DNA of 64,000 bases. Source: Chiloscyllium plagiosum (Eukaryota). The position numbers and the translations under genes are program-made. Location of the stretch: contig NC_057751.1 in the NCBI RefSeq assembly GCF_004010195.1, forward strand, positions 6,642,863-6,706,862, read 5' to 3'. The notes under the pieces are model-generated. The model was not told where the DNA came from, made no database searches, and saw nothing but the letters and a program-made list of their open reading frames with translations. Below, piece after piece: positions 12,809-25,270 of this stretch. The stretch's first letter is position 1. Each line of letters opens with the position of its first letter.

Positions 12809-15800
12809 TTTTAATAGATATTTTTATTAGAAATTTAACATTTTTACAAGTTTACAAAAATAAACAAAACTCTCAGATATAAACATTGATATACAATTAG
12901 CCCAAATATACAATAGCCAAAATTTGACAAAAAAAAANNNNNNNNNNNNNNNNNNNNNNNNNNNNNNNNNNNNNNNNNNNNNNNNNNNNNNNNNNNNNNN
13001 NNNNNNNNNNNNNNNNNNNNNNNNNNNNNNNNNNNNNNNNNNNNNNNNNNNNNNNNNNNNNNNNNNNNNNNNNNNNNNNNNNNNNNNNNNNNNNNNNNNN
13101 NNNNNNNNNNNNNNNNNNNNNNNNNNNNNNNNNNNNNNNNNNNNNNNNNNNNNNNNNNNNNNNNNNNNNNNNNNNNNNNNNNNNNNNNNNNNNNNNNNNN
13201 NNNNNNNNNNNNNNNNNNNNNNNNNNNNNNNNNNNNNNNNNNNNNNNNNNNNNNNNNNNNNNNNNNNNNNNNNNNNNNNNNNNNNNNNNNNNNNNNNNNN
13301 NNNNNNNNNNNNNNNNNNNNNNNNNNNNNNNNNNNNNNNNNNNNNNNNNNNNNNNNNNNNNNNNNNNNNNNNNNNNNNNNNNNNNNNNNNNNNNNNNNNN
13401 NNNNNNNNNNNNNNNNNNNNNNNNNNNNNNNNNNNNNNNNNNNNNNNNNNNNNNNNNNNNNNNNNNNNNNNNNNNNNNNNNNNNNNNNNNNNNNNNNNNN
13501 NNNNNNNNNNNNNNNNNNNNNNNNNNNNNNNNNNNNNNNNNNNNNNNNNNNNNNNNNNNNNNNNNNNNNNNNNNNNNNNNNNNNNNNNNNNNNNNNNNNN
13601 NNNNNNNNNNNNNNNNNNNNNNNNNNNNNNNNNNNNNNNNNNNNNNNNNNNNNNNNNNNNNNNNNNNNNNNNNNNNNNNNNNNNNNNNNNNNNNNNNNNN
13701 NNNNNNNNNNNNNNNNNNNNNNNNNNNNNNNNNNNNNNNNNNNNNNNNNNNNNNNNNNNNNNNNNNNNNNNNNNNNNNNNNNNNNNNNNNNNNNNNNNNN
13801 NNNNNNNNNNNNNNNNNNNNNNNNNNNNNNNNNNNNNNNNNNNNNTGCAGCATTGTCAAGGGGCCAGTATGGAGGGAGTGCAGCGTTGTCAGAGGATCAG
13901 GGCGGAGGGAGTGCAGCATTGTCAGAGGATCAGTGTGGAGGGAGTGCCGTATAGTCAGACGATCAGTGCGGAGGGAGTGCAGCATTGTCAGAGGATCAGT
14001 GTGGAGGGAGTGCCGTATAGTCAGACGATCAGTGCGGAGGGAGTGCAGCATTGTCAGAGGATCAGTGTGGAGGGAGTGCCGTATAGTCAGACGATCAGTG
14101 CGGAGGGAGTGCAGCATTGTCAGAGGGTCAGTGTGGACGGAGTGCAGCATTGTCAGAGCGTCAGGATGGAGGGAGTGCAGCATTATCAGAGGATCAGTGC
14201 AGATGGAGTGCAGCATTGTCAGGGGGACAGTGTGGACGGAGTGCAGCATTGTAAGAGGGTCAGGATGGAGCGAGTGCAGAATTGTCAGAGTGTCAGTGTG
14301 GAGGGAGTGCAGCATTGTCAGAGGTTCAGTAGGGAGGTATTGCAGCATTGCCAGAGGAACAGTGTAGAGGGAGTGCAGCATTGTTTTAGTGTCAGTGGGG
14401 AGGTATTGCAGTATTGTCAGAGGAACAGTGTAGAGGGAGTGCAGCATTATCAGAGGGTCAGGATGGAGCGAGTGCAGCATTGTCAAGGGGTCAGTATGAA
14501 GGGAGTGCAGCATTGTCAGAGGACCAGTGTGGAGATAGTGCAGCATTGTCAGAGGGTCATTGTCAAGGGAGTTCAGCATTGTCAGAGGAACAGTGTAGAG
14601 AGAGTGCAGCATTATCAGAGGGTCAGGATGGACGGAATGCAGCATTGTCAAGGGGCCAGTATGGAGGGAGTGCAGCGTTGTCAGAGGATCAGGGCGGAGG
14701 GAGTGCAGCATTGTCAGAGGATCAGTGTGGAGGGAGTGCCGTATAGTCAGACGATCAGTGCGGAGGGAGTGCAGCATTGTCAGAGGATCATTGTGGAGGG
14801 AGTGCAGCATTGTCAGAGGATCAGTGTGGAGGGTGTGCAGAATTGTCAGATGATCAGTGCGGAGGGAGTATAGCATTGTCAGAGGATCAGTGTGGAGGGT
14901 GTGCAGCATTGTCAGAGGGTCAGTGTGGAGGGAGTGCAGTATTGTCAGAGGATCAGTGTGGAGGGAGTGCAGCATTGTCAGAGGGTCAGTACGGATGGAA
15001 TGCAGCATTGTCAGAGGGTCAGGGTGGAGGGAGATCAGCATTGTCGAGGGTCAGTACGGAGGGAGTGCAGCATTGTCAGAGGGTCAGTACGGATGGAATG
15101 CAGCATTGTCAGAGGGTCAGGGTGGAGGGAGTGCAGCATTGTCAGAGGATCAGTGTGGAGGGAGTGCAGCATTGTCAGAGGGTCAGTTTCGTGGGTGTGC
15201 AGCATTGTCAGCTGATCAGTGTGGAGGGAGTGCAGCATTGTTAGAGGGTCAGTTTCAAGGGAGTGCAGCATTGTCAGAGTATAAGGATGGAGGGAGTGCA
15301 GAATTATCGGAGGGTCAGTATGGAGGCAGTGCAGCGTTGTCAGAGGGTCAGAATGGAGGGAGTGCAGCCTTGTCAGAGGGTCACGGTGGAGGGAGTGCAG
15401 CATTGTCAGATGATCAGTGTGGAGGGAGTGCAGCATTGTCAGGGGGTCAGGATGGAGGGAGTGCAACATTATCAGAGGACCAGTGCAGAGGGAGTGCAGC
15501 ATTGTCAGGGGGACAGTGTGGACGGAGTGCAGCATTGTCAGAGGGTCAGGATGGAGGGAGTGCAGCATAATCATTGGTCAGGGTGGAGGGAGTGCAGCAT
15601 TGTCAGAGGGTCAGTGTTGAGGGAGTGCAGCATTGTCAGTGGATCAGTGTGGAGGTAGTGCAGCATTGTTAGAGGGTTAGTGGGGAGGTATTGCAGCATT
15701 GTCAGAGGAACAGTGTAGAGGGAGTGCAGCATTGTCAAGGGGTCAGTATCGAGGGAGTGCAGCGTTGTCAGAGGATCAGTGCGGAGGGAGTGCAGCATTG

Positions 15801-17090
15801 TCAGAGGATCAGTGTGGAGGGAGTGCAGTATAGTCAGACGATCAGTGCGGACGGAGTGCAGCATTGTCAGAGGATCAGTGTGGAGGGAGTGCAGCATTGT
15901 CAGAGGTTCTGTGTGGAGGGAGTGCAGCATTGTCAGAGGGTCAGTTTGGAGGGTGTGCTGCATTTTCAGATGATCAGTGTGGAGGGAGTGCAGCATTGTC
16001 AGAGGGTCAGGGTGGAGGAAGTGCAGCATTTTAAGAGAGATAGTGCGGAGGCATTGCAGCATTGTCAGAGGGTCAGTACGGAGGGAGTGCAGAATTTTCA
16101 GATGGTCAGTACGGAGGGAGTGCAGCATTGTCAGAGTTTCAGTGTGGAGGGAGTGCAGTATTGTCAGAGGATCAGTGCGTAGGGATTGCAGCATTGCCAG
16201 GGGGACAGTGTGGACGGAGTGCAGCATTGTCAGAGGGTCAGGATGGAGAGAGTGCAGCATTGTCAGAGGATCAGTGCAGAGGGAGTGCAACATTACCACT
16301 GGGTCAGGGTGGAGGGAGTGCAGCATTGTCAGAGGGTCAGTGTTGAGGGAGTGCAGCATTGTCAGTGGCTCAGTATGGAGGGAGTGCAGCATTGTCAGAG
16401 GATCAGTGTGGAGGGAGTGCAGCATTGTCAGAGGATCATTGTCAAGGGAGTTCAGCATTGTCAGAGGAACAGTGTAGAGGGAGTGCAGCATTATCAGAGG
16501 GTCAGGATGGAGGGAGTGCAGCATTGTCAAGGGGTCAGTATGGAGGGAGTGCAGCATTGTCAGAGGACCAGTGTGGAGGTAGTGCAGCATTGTCAGAGGA
16601 TCATTGTCAAGGGAGTTCAGCATTGTCAGAGGAACAGTGTAGAGGGAGTGCAGCATTATCAGAGGGTCAGGATGGAGGGAGTGCAGCATTGTCAAGGGGC
16701 CAGTATGGAGGGAGTGCAGCGTTGTCAGAGTATCAGGGCGGAGGGAGTGCAGCATTGTCAGAGGATCATTGTGGATTGAGTGCAGTATAGTCAGACGATC
16801 AGTGCGGAGGGAGTGAAGCATTGTCAGAGGATCATTGTGGAGGGAGTGCAGCATTGTCAGAGGATCGGGGAGGGGTTCCTGCTTGCTGAGAGCCTCGGGC
16901 TCCTTTCCCTTTAGTCATTTTAACTTAGGATTAAGTTGTTTAAATGTAATATTACACAACTAATTGAATTACAAAACTATTATAAATGATTTGGTGAGCT
17001 TGGTAGGGGGTAGGTGACCCACTGTGCCCAAGTCTTGGGAGGAGCACTATAGACTCAGTCTTACTGGGTCGCCGCCATCTTGGATCCCCC
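12809..17090 (-). mobile_element. L1-type LINE termini with 15-bp TSD; interior is an N gap plus minisatellite
   Basis: Minus strand starts GGGGGATCCAAGATGGCGGCG (YY1-type), ATG at 16918 (MTKGKGARGSQQAGTPPRS), AATAAA at 12828-12823 then A tail; TSD aatttggctcctttt at 12794-12808 and 17091-17105, followed by aa. Confidence 0.8.
13846..16866. repeat. 33-bp minisatellite, ~91 units (consensus gagggagtgcagcattgtcagagg(g/a)tcagtgtg)
   Basis: Obvious tandem periodicity; 11-aa repeats in the ORF track; left end runs into an N gap. Confidence 0.97.
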
Positions 17091-17744
17091 AATTTGGCTC
17101 CTTTTAAACTAATAATTAATTTGGGTCTGGGATGCAAGTATTTACAAGGGAGCTCGTTGGTCCGTTCTCAACCAAGATTTTAACGATTTGTGTACCCTCT
17201 CTGGAACTGTAACAAATTTAAGAAGCTCGCCAAATGGGTACTGCTCTTGCCTCTGGCTTTGAACACCACTACAAGTTTGGTTATGGACCTTCGGCTGGCA
17301 GTACGGTATGTTAGCATTCCTTATACCTACTGGAATATAAACTGAAAATGGAGGCGAGTTTGGATATTGCTATGTTGCAGAGAATGAAATTGATTTTTTT
17401 TCTCTTCAAAAGTAAAAGTGGAACTGTGTGTTGTTCACTTACTGGTTATGCAAGGTCAATGAACTTTGGAGAAGCTGGATTTTATATACTTGGGAGATAA
17501 GCAAGCAGAAAGCGCCTTTGGATTAAGAAACTGCCTTGTGACAGCTTTCAGATGGTTAATTTGCAGTTTGTCACAGGTATGAGAGAAGGCAGTTCTGCTT
17601 CAACTTCTGAAAAACCTATAAACCAGATCAAATCACATTCTCCCTCTTACCCTCTGTAATGGAAGAAAATCATTTTGAGTGGAAACACTAAAATACATTG
17701 AGCAGAAATATCTCAGTCAAAGACCTATCTCCAACTTTGTTGTT

Positions 17745-17947
17745 TCTTTTCATGCGATGTGGATGTCATTGGCTAGGCCAGTATTCATTGTCCAGAGAGG
17801 AGTTCAAAGCTACGATACGATTTTTATTGTATGACAATGAGCAATGGTTATATATTTGTCATTAGATAATCTATTTCTATTAATTCCTGAAACAACGGCA
17901 TTTGAACTCAAATCCTGAGACATTACCACCATGCCACCACCTCCCCA
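17745..17947 (-). mobile_element. Degenerate SINE sharing its 3' tail with the CR1/L2-group LINE
   Basis: tttcatgcgatgtggatgtcattggctaggccagtattcattg resembles 4338-4385; head ...cattaccaccatgccaccacctcccc. Confidence 0.55.
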
Positions 17948-19299
17948 ACTAACCAACTATTGATTGAGAATCTTCAGTAGTTGACAACAGTGAGATGTCA
18001 AAAACCAAAAACAAATGTGAAAAATCATCTCATTCCACCCTTATGGTTTGGACTCATGATTGATGGAATTTGCTCCCTCTTACCTATCTTTTCCACCCAT
18101 CATATTTCTGCAATCGTATTTGTGAATGAATGTTTATGTCTCTGTACTTGTGTTTCAAAGGGACATTATTGAACTCTGCAAACCAATAATGAAAAATCCA
18201 TTTTGCCATTTGTCAAAGGACAACTTTATTTCTAACAATTATTTTGTTTTCTAGTTTATCAATTAAACATGCTTTGAAGTTTCTTTTATTTTAGATAGTA
18301 GTCAAAGTCAGGTAAATTAACTGTGTTGGTGATTAGTTTGGTCATTTATACAATTGTGCTGGCTCATGGAATTGTCGTGCTTAAGTACCAGCACTTTTTT
18401 TTAATGTTCAGGGCTATATCAAGTGCTTTACTGAGTTGCTGTGGCATTGTGTGAGATGTTTTATACATCCATCTGCTTGTCTTGGTGTGTTTCAGAAGCA
18501 CAATCATAACACGTGAGGAATATTCTCTTCAACCTTGTCTAGATCAGACCATGACATGATTCCTGAAAATATATGAACTTTTAAAAAAATTTACTCTTCG
18601 TAAGATTCTGTAGGGATACTACAACATTTCTTTTTCTCTGTTTGTTGGTAAAATACTTAGTTGAAAATAGGAATTTTGAAAGTGTTTCTTGCTCCTATTC
18701 TTGTTTCTGAACAGTGGTAGTGCGGGGTTCTGGTTTACATCAGTTATTTCCTGATGTTTAAGTGGTTTGAATTGCTCCCAGACCCCTGTTTCTGGACACT
18801 GGACTTCTTTTGGGAATATGAAATGAAGACACAATGAACAGATGTTTCAGGGCAAAAGAATCTCTGCGTTTATTTCAAATGCAAAAAGTAATTATAATAT
18901 AATGAAATAGATAATGCAATAAATTAAAGAAATTAATACAACATATGTACTGGAGAACAACAGCACTTAAAAATACACTATTAATTAGATCACCATTGTT
19001 AGACACTACCTTACTGACACACCGACAACAACAGTGTTTAATTTCAGACTCTTTAATTAGAATTCCTACCCTTGGGGTCACAATGCATTCTCACCACCCA
19101 CTTTCCCTTCCATGCTAGCGAGATTTGAACTTGAGGATCTCGGGAGTTTAGTTCATTTTGAAACACCATTTTGAAGTGCACCTGGCTGTTCTGACTTGCT
19201 GTACCTGGAGCCTGGATAAAGATTTCGGATTGCGTAGGTTTTTCAGTTTTGGTTGAGTCTGCCAATGTGGTAAGGCGCAAATTGGATCTATTGGGTAAG

Positions 19300-20078
19300 T
19301 GTTACGACACGGGGTGGGTGGGGGGGGGATCCCCTCTGTGTTCTGTTCATTATCCCAAATACCCAGAAAAGCTCACCTTGCCTCGTAATCTGTTAAAATT
19401 TGAGTGACAGAGAACTCCCAAATTCCATTATTCAAAGAAAATAACATCAATTTATTTTTAACTCCAAAAGTGAATATTATAACAACAACTATTCACAACT
19501 CTAGGTGCCCCCCTTTCTCTTAATTGCTTATTACCTGCCTCTAACTCGATAACAATATGCTGTTCCAATAAGACACTTATTGAAATTATATCAACTGAAT
19601 TTCCAAACCACACAGCTGCTGTTGTCTTCTATAACTTCACTCTTCTGGCTGCTGAATTCCCTGGGTCACCTTCTTTATTTTTACTGTGAGTATATTTCGT
19701 ATGAAAAGATACCTTTGATTGAGAGCGTTTCCTAATTTTTTGTGTCTCTTTCTGTCTCCAATTTTCAAAATACTGTCATTTTTATATCCCCAACATTGGA
19801 TTGTCTCATTGGTTCGATGTTAGTAAAAAATAAATTCAAACTTGATTGAGTTTTAGTATCCTGGGTATAATATAAACTGATTGCTTAAATTTGAATTGTT
19901 GTCAAAACAGCAACCAAAACTTACGTATCCATTTCACAGCCAAATGTTGTACATTTTCAATGTTCCAGTCCACTCTGGGACTGCCATCTAGTCATATCAC
20001 AGGTGCTTGTAAGTTCTCAGTTCAGAACAGGATTCACTCTCTCATAAAGATACAGTGCACGCCTTCAACTTGTGAACA
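19300..20078 (-). mobile_element. Solo LTR, family A-related (779 bp)
   Basis: TGTTA...AACA ends, 5-bp TSD GTAAG (19295-19299, 20079-20083); shares aaattcaaacttgattg block with 9468-10175. Confidence 0.8.
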
Positions 20079-20872
20079 GTAAGTACCTGGTTTTCTTTAC
20101 TTTCTGCTGGATTTGCGGGCCTAGTTTTCACCTCAGGTTGTGTCTGAGGACTTGTGTGTTGGTGGATCAGTTGTTTCTCAGAGTTGTCAGTCTTTAGTTC
20201 TGCTGGTCATGGTTGATTGCTGAGGTTCTTGCTATTGGTCCCCTTGGTTCGAACAGGCCAAATCTGGAGGCTGTTGCTCGGACAGCAGCCCCAGGTGAGA
20301 TCAGGGCCAGCAGTTACACTGCTGGTGGACCCTTCCTCACCTTGCCAAATCTGTGATTTTCATTGTGCTCTGGTGTTTTCTTATAATTGGCTTTCCGACT
20401 GTGAGTACACGTGTGAATGGATATCGATTGAAGTTAGATACCTGGTATCTCTGTCAGCCCCATACTATCTGCACTGTGTAGCCCAAGGTGTTAAAGCTGT
20501 CTTGGACTAGAGAGAGTTGGTATTGGTTGAATGTTCCGTTTGCGATGAGGTGTAAATTAAGATTCTAAGCTGGACACTGATTCCAGACAGCAGTCTCTGT
20601 TCTGCGGGTTGTGTTTGTCTCTTTTCCACAGGGCTCAGTTCAACTGTCCCCTTTTCTTTTAAAAGTTTTGACAAGTCCAGGGTTTTTGTAAAGTCCAGTA
20701 TTTTAAATATTGGGGATTTTTGCTCCACCTATAACAGATAATTGTTAAGAAAGAAGAACATTGACCTTATTGTATGATTTTATGGTAAGGTGCCCTCGAT
20801 TATGATCACTGCATATTGCTATCATGTGTTCTGAGCAGACCCTGGATGACAAAAAGTGCCTGCTGTTTGATC

Positions 20873-20977
20873 AGGAGATCATCAGCTCTGAAAATGTGTT
20901 GCTGGAACAGCGCAGCAGGTCAGGCAGCATCCAGGGAACAGGAGAATCGACGTTTTGGATATAAGCCCTTCTTCAGG
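20873..20977 (-). mobile_element. Penelope-like terminal fragment
   Basis: ctgaaaatgtgttgctggaacagcgcagcaggtcaggcagcatcc...gacgtttt...cccttcttcag, the reverse complement of 52060-52150. Confidence 0.8.
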
Positions 20978-22782
20978 GCCTACGGTCATGACACATGATG
21001 TCATGATTAGCAATACCAGTGGCTGGTCAATGATCTCTACTGGTCTACATTGGCCCAAAAGGATTGGTGCTTTAAAATCTGTTCCAGAAGAGTTAATGTT
21101 TACTGAAGAGACAAGGTAGAAAAGAAGGAAGATGAATGAGAAGAAAAAGATTCATTTTCAAATCTTTGCAAATGCTGAGATTCTCAATATAAAAAGCATT
21201 GAAGACTAGTTTTACAAATTGCTTTAAAATCAGTGACTGTAATGCTTAATTTGCCAGTTCTGCTTCTCTTCAATTTCACTGAATGCCAATTTTGTGGTTT
21301 AATTTTAACAAGCCTCAGTTGGCCTGTATTAAAAAGCCCCTGAGCTCTGCTGGTTACAGACACGTGCTGGGTTTGTATCAAATTTCACATGTAAGCGTGT
21401 CATACACAGCGACATCTAGCTGGATGATTTACGGATAATAGTTTACAATGTCTTTAAATTATTGCTGCAGAGACACTTCAGTGACAAAAGGGAAAACAAA
21501 TAGCAGCTGCAAAAAAGCACTGAGTGTTCCTTTTGATCGGAAGAGAAGAGTGCTCATCTGTGACATGCTGGCGCCACAATGGCATTGCCAGTTAGTCAAA
21601 AGCCTAATTTACATGGTGTCAGGTGGAATGAGTGTGAAAATTCAAAGCACCTATTGTTCTTCAACTCAGAACACAAGCCGAGAGAGAAATGAGGCAGGTT
21701 ACTCATCAAATTAGAACAGTACGTGATTTCAGCTAGATTTACTTTAGCAAAAGACTGTTCTTTTCTTCTGACTGACAATAAATACACAAATCGCAGCAAG
21801 ATTATGACAAATTCTACATTTAGAACATTTAGACACATGCGATGTTTTTAACATAAATGACTTACTCTCAAAGTAGCCAACAAGGAAGTACTGAATAAAT
21901 GTCTAAGCATCAAGTGACTGCTTATTGTCATTTCTATTTGTTGTGTTAAAATGTCTGTCTTTGAGCCTGTATTCATTACAATAGCTGGTCATTTAAAATA
22001 AAATCTAATCAATACAATATCATCTTTTGAGATCCGATGTGAGTCAATGATGACTCTACTAAACAGAAAGTCAAAAGAAAGTTGCACTTATTAAAAAAGA
22101 CAAAATAACATTTTAACATGATCTTATGTAGGAAAACAGAAACTTGTCAAATTAGCAGTTCCTGGACTGATAATACACTCCAACCCCTGTGGCTTCCACT
22201 GGTCTCTAAAGGCCTGTATCATGCTAATGAGTACCGAGAAAAACAATGAAATGACAGGGAACTGCTTATTCTCCTGAAACTCAGGAGTGAACCAGGGACC
22301 TTCAGATCTTCAATCCAATGCTTTCCCAAGGTTTGGGCTTTGCAAATGACAGTTTTGTTCTTAGGCTCATTGAATTAGGGAGCACCAGTTATGGGGAGAG
22401 ACGATTGAAGAACTGTTGTCGGGAAAGTGAAGGTTGGTGGTAGTCATGTGTTTCTGGCAGTGAAAGACCCAGAGTGTATGTCACTTCTGATTGTGCAGTC
22501 TTGATGAAATTGTCAACTTAATGGGACTGAAAAACAGCCTTGGAAGTAAAATTGCATATGGCTGCCCCCTGAATAGGAAACTTCATTGAACTATGCTTTC
22601 TTAGTTAACCGTGCAGCCTGTAAGCCCATTCACTCAGACTGTAAAGATCCGGGATTATTTTGTTCATTTGATTATTGTGAGGTATACTGAACTCTACCAT
22701 AAATAAGGGACACATTTCTAACTTGGGAGGAAAAGATGACTGAAGATTTCTCGTTCCCAAAACTCTCCGAGGCAGGGGATTT

Positions 22783-22914
22783 AGGAGATAGTGAAGACTG
22801 CAGATGCTGGAGAGTCAGAGTGGATAAAGAATGGAACTGGAAAAAGCACAGCAGGTCAAGCAGCATCAAAGGAGAAGGGGAGTCAATGTTTCAGGTTGGA
22901 ACCTTTCATCAGGA
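22783..22914 (-). mobile_element. Penelope-like terminal fragment
   Basis: gactgcagatgctggag...ctggaaaaagcacagcaggtcaagcagcatc...cctttcatcagga. Confidence 0.7.
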
Positions 22915-24994
22915 GTCATTTCTGTCATGGTTGTGGAATTATTGTTCAAGATTTATTATGATTAATCAAGAAAGTAAATGATCACTGTCGATACCCAACT
23001 TAGTGTCACAAACATAAATTTATCATGCCCTCCCCTTCATAGACCTCTGCAAAACACCTCTGGGACTGAAATAATCACAATGTATCATTAACACTGATGA
23101 CCTGAAGTGAGACCTGCATTGTTCCAAAATGCTCACCGCCTTTACGGCTCACTTCCATGGATAAGGGTGAGTGCTAAACCAGAGACTTTTAGTGATGACT
23201 TTGTGAAAAGTTTGGCAGGTCTTTTGCACATGGGGATTGATCCTTAAGAGGAACCATTTGAGAAGCTGGAGCTTCACAGTCTAGAAAGACAATGTCCTTA
23301 GTGGCATTCATAACATATTAAAAGGTGTAAATAAATTGATTTTTTTTTAAGTAAGCCTGGAAGATTGGATCAGCAGATATGAAAGTATTTGAGTGAAAAG
23401 TGAATTTAAAATACGTATGAGGATTCCTTCCTCACTGAGGCATGTTTGGAATTTGATTTTGAATTACAGAAAAGAATATATGGGTTCTTCAAAGTACATT
23501 TGAATGGGGGGGAAAAGTAAAATTCAATGAGCTGAATAGTGGCCTTACGTGTCCATTTTCCATATTAAGCACCCTGATTTCCTTCTCGCCATTCAAATGC
23601 TAACATTTGGAAGGGGGCTGTTTGCTCTCTTCATCATTGCTTTCAGGATAATTTTGTAGGTAATTGCATGAACACAACACATGATTTTGTGTTTTCATGG
23701 AGTGAGTGCTGGTTTGATGTGGCCCATTTCAGATTAGTTTCCCCACTGTGCTGAGCATCATGTCCAACATTATAACATCTTACATTGCCTGGTGTATTTG
23801 GCTCTGAAAAGGGTTTTTAATTGAGATGCCACCCCAAACCCCCACCCACCTCCCCCAACCCCGCATCTCTTCTTTATACATTCACGTGGAATATGGGCCA
23901 CACAGTGCCTGTTCTCGGATATCACTTGCCCTAGAATTGCAAGCGCAGATTAAGCACATTCTTCAGGAAGAAACATCACCTGCAGTATTAGGTATGGATA
24001 AACAAAAGGTATTCTGTGCCCATTCTTGAAGCAAATGTTTGGCTTTCTGCAGAATTAGTACAGGGTTGGCTCGAGTTCAGCATAAAGCACCAGCATGGAT
24101 TGAATGGGTCAAAAGAGCTTTGCCTTCGATCCTATGTAATTGTACACGTACAAAAAAATGGAAAAAAAAGGCAAAAACTAATCAATGATTGAGTGCTCAT
24201 GTTTTTCACATGATCGACTTTCACTTCAAAAGAGTGTGAGAGTCGTGGAATAACCTACTCCGTCCACTCTCATTGAATGGAGAATAGGAAGGACAATGGC
24301 AGAGTTATATGTACACATTTTTATACAGTTAATTCCTTCTTGTTTTGTCAAATAGCAAATAGCAGAGCAGAGCCTCTCAGCCTAGCAGAGAAGTGTATCT
24401 CTGAAAGGATAGCGTCTTTTTGTGTCTGTGTCTTTGTACATAATGAAAATAACAGGAGTAAATCATTATGTGAATATACAACAGCTGGATTTCATGAGCA
24501 GCCTGTGTGGCAGTGTACTTGTTTGTTTTGAAGCGGAGAAGACTAGCATGTTTGCAGTATCGATGTAAATGCTTTACATCACAAAAAAAACCCAACAGAC
24601 TGCTTTTCAACAGGACATGTGGGAGGAAAGGTCTCACTCCATATTACAGTGATCTGGGGAAGTATTCTGAAATAAGGTAGAGCCCAAAACAGGAAAACAA
24701 TTTAGCTTTGCAGAACAACAGGAGGGGGTGACTGAAGATTGCAAAACATATCTCTGAAACTTCTGACTGCAAGTCTGAGAATACTTGGACAAGATGCATC
24801 CAAAGCTAGCACCACTTTATTTACACTGGTTGTCTGTGAAGGTGACTGCTGTCGTCAGGAGAAAGAGATTTACGCACATAATGTACATACTCACAGATTT
24901 CTATCCCGGATGGCGGATTTTAAGCATTGTGAGAGTGCGAATGAGAAAGTTCACACCATTGAGTAAGAAGGAAGAAAGGAAGCAGGAAAGATAG

Positions 24995-25270
24995 TCTTGC
25001 CTTTATAAAATGCTTTTCACAAGCTCAGGATGTCCCAACTTGTTTTTTTACCTCCAAGTGTGCTCATTAGTGCTGTGGAGGATACACGGCAGCCTACGTG
25101 TGCACAACCAGCTCCTACAAACAGCAATGTCGAAATAATTTGTTTGTTTTCTTGATGCCTAACACTACAGATGGCGTTTCATTTTTACGTCTTATCTGAA
25201 ACAGAGCACCTTCTGATCGTGTTAGACTGATTCAGCACTGTGCTTCAGTGTCAGACTAAGTCTTGCGTTC
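24995..25270 (-). mobile_element. DeuSINE (SacSINE1-like) remnant
   Basis: gtgcacaaccagctcctacaaacagcaatg...tttacgtcttatctgaaacagagcacc...cagtgtcagac; similar to copies at 44.6 and 48.9 kb. Confidence 0.6.

Larger units (their letters stand above)
12175..17214 (+). mobile_element. LTR-like repeat (12175-12808 plus 17091-17214) split by the L1 insertion
   Basis: Starts TGTT where the CR1 stops and ends ...ctggaactgtaaca; boundaries uncertain, no TSD verified. Confidence 0.35.

Noticed and set aside
12897..16854. Long ORFs with 11-aa repeats (MLHSLHTDPLT, EGVQHCQRISV and others)
   Set aside because: A by-product of a 33-bp unit: open in several frames on both strands, broken by indels, not in frame with the L1-type ATG, and partly N-filled.
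13846..16866. CRISPR-like array
   Set aside because: Contiguous degenerate tandem units with no unique spacers, no cas genes, vertebrate context.
17215..17240. Possible tRNA-Pro primer-binding site after tgtaaca
   Set aside because: Too many mismatches to TGGGGGCTCGTCCGGG and no gag/pol downstream.
19060..20750. Possible retroelement coding sequence around the solo LTR
   Set aside because: No recognisable protein motif in any frame examined.
24739..24966. ORF ending near gtaag as a possible exon
   Set aside because: No polypyrimidine acceptor and no recognisable protein similarity.
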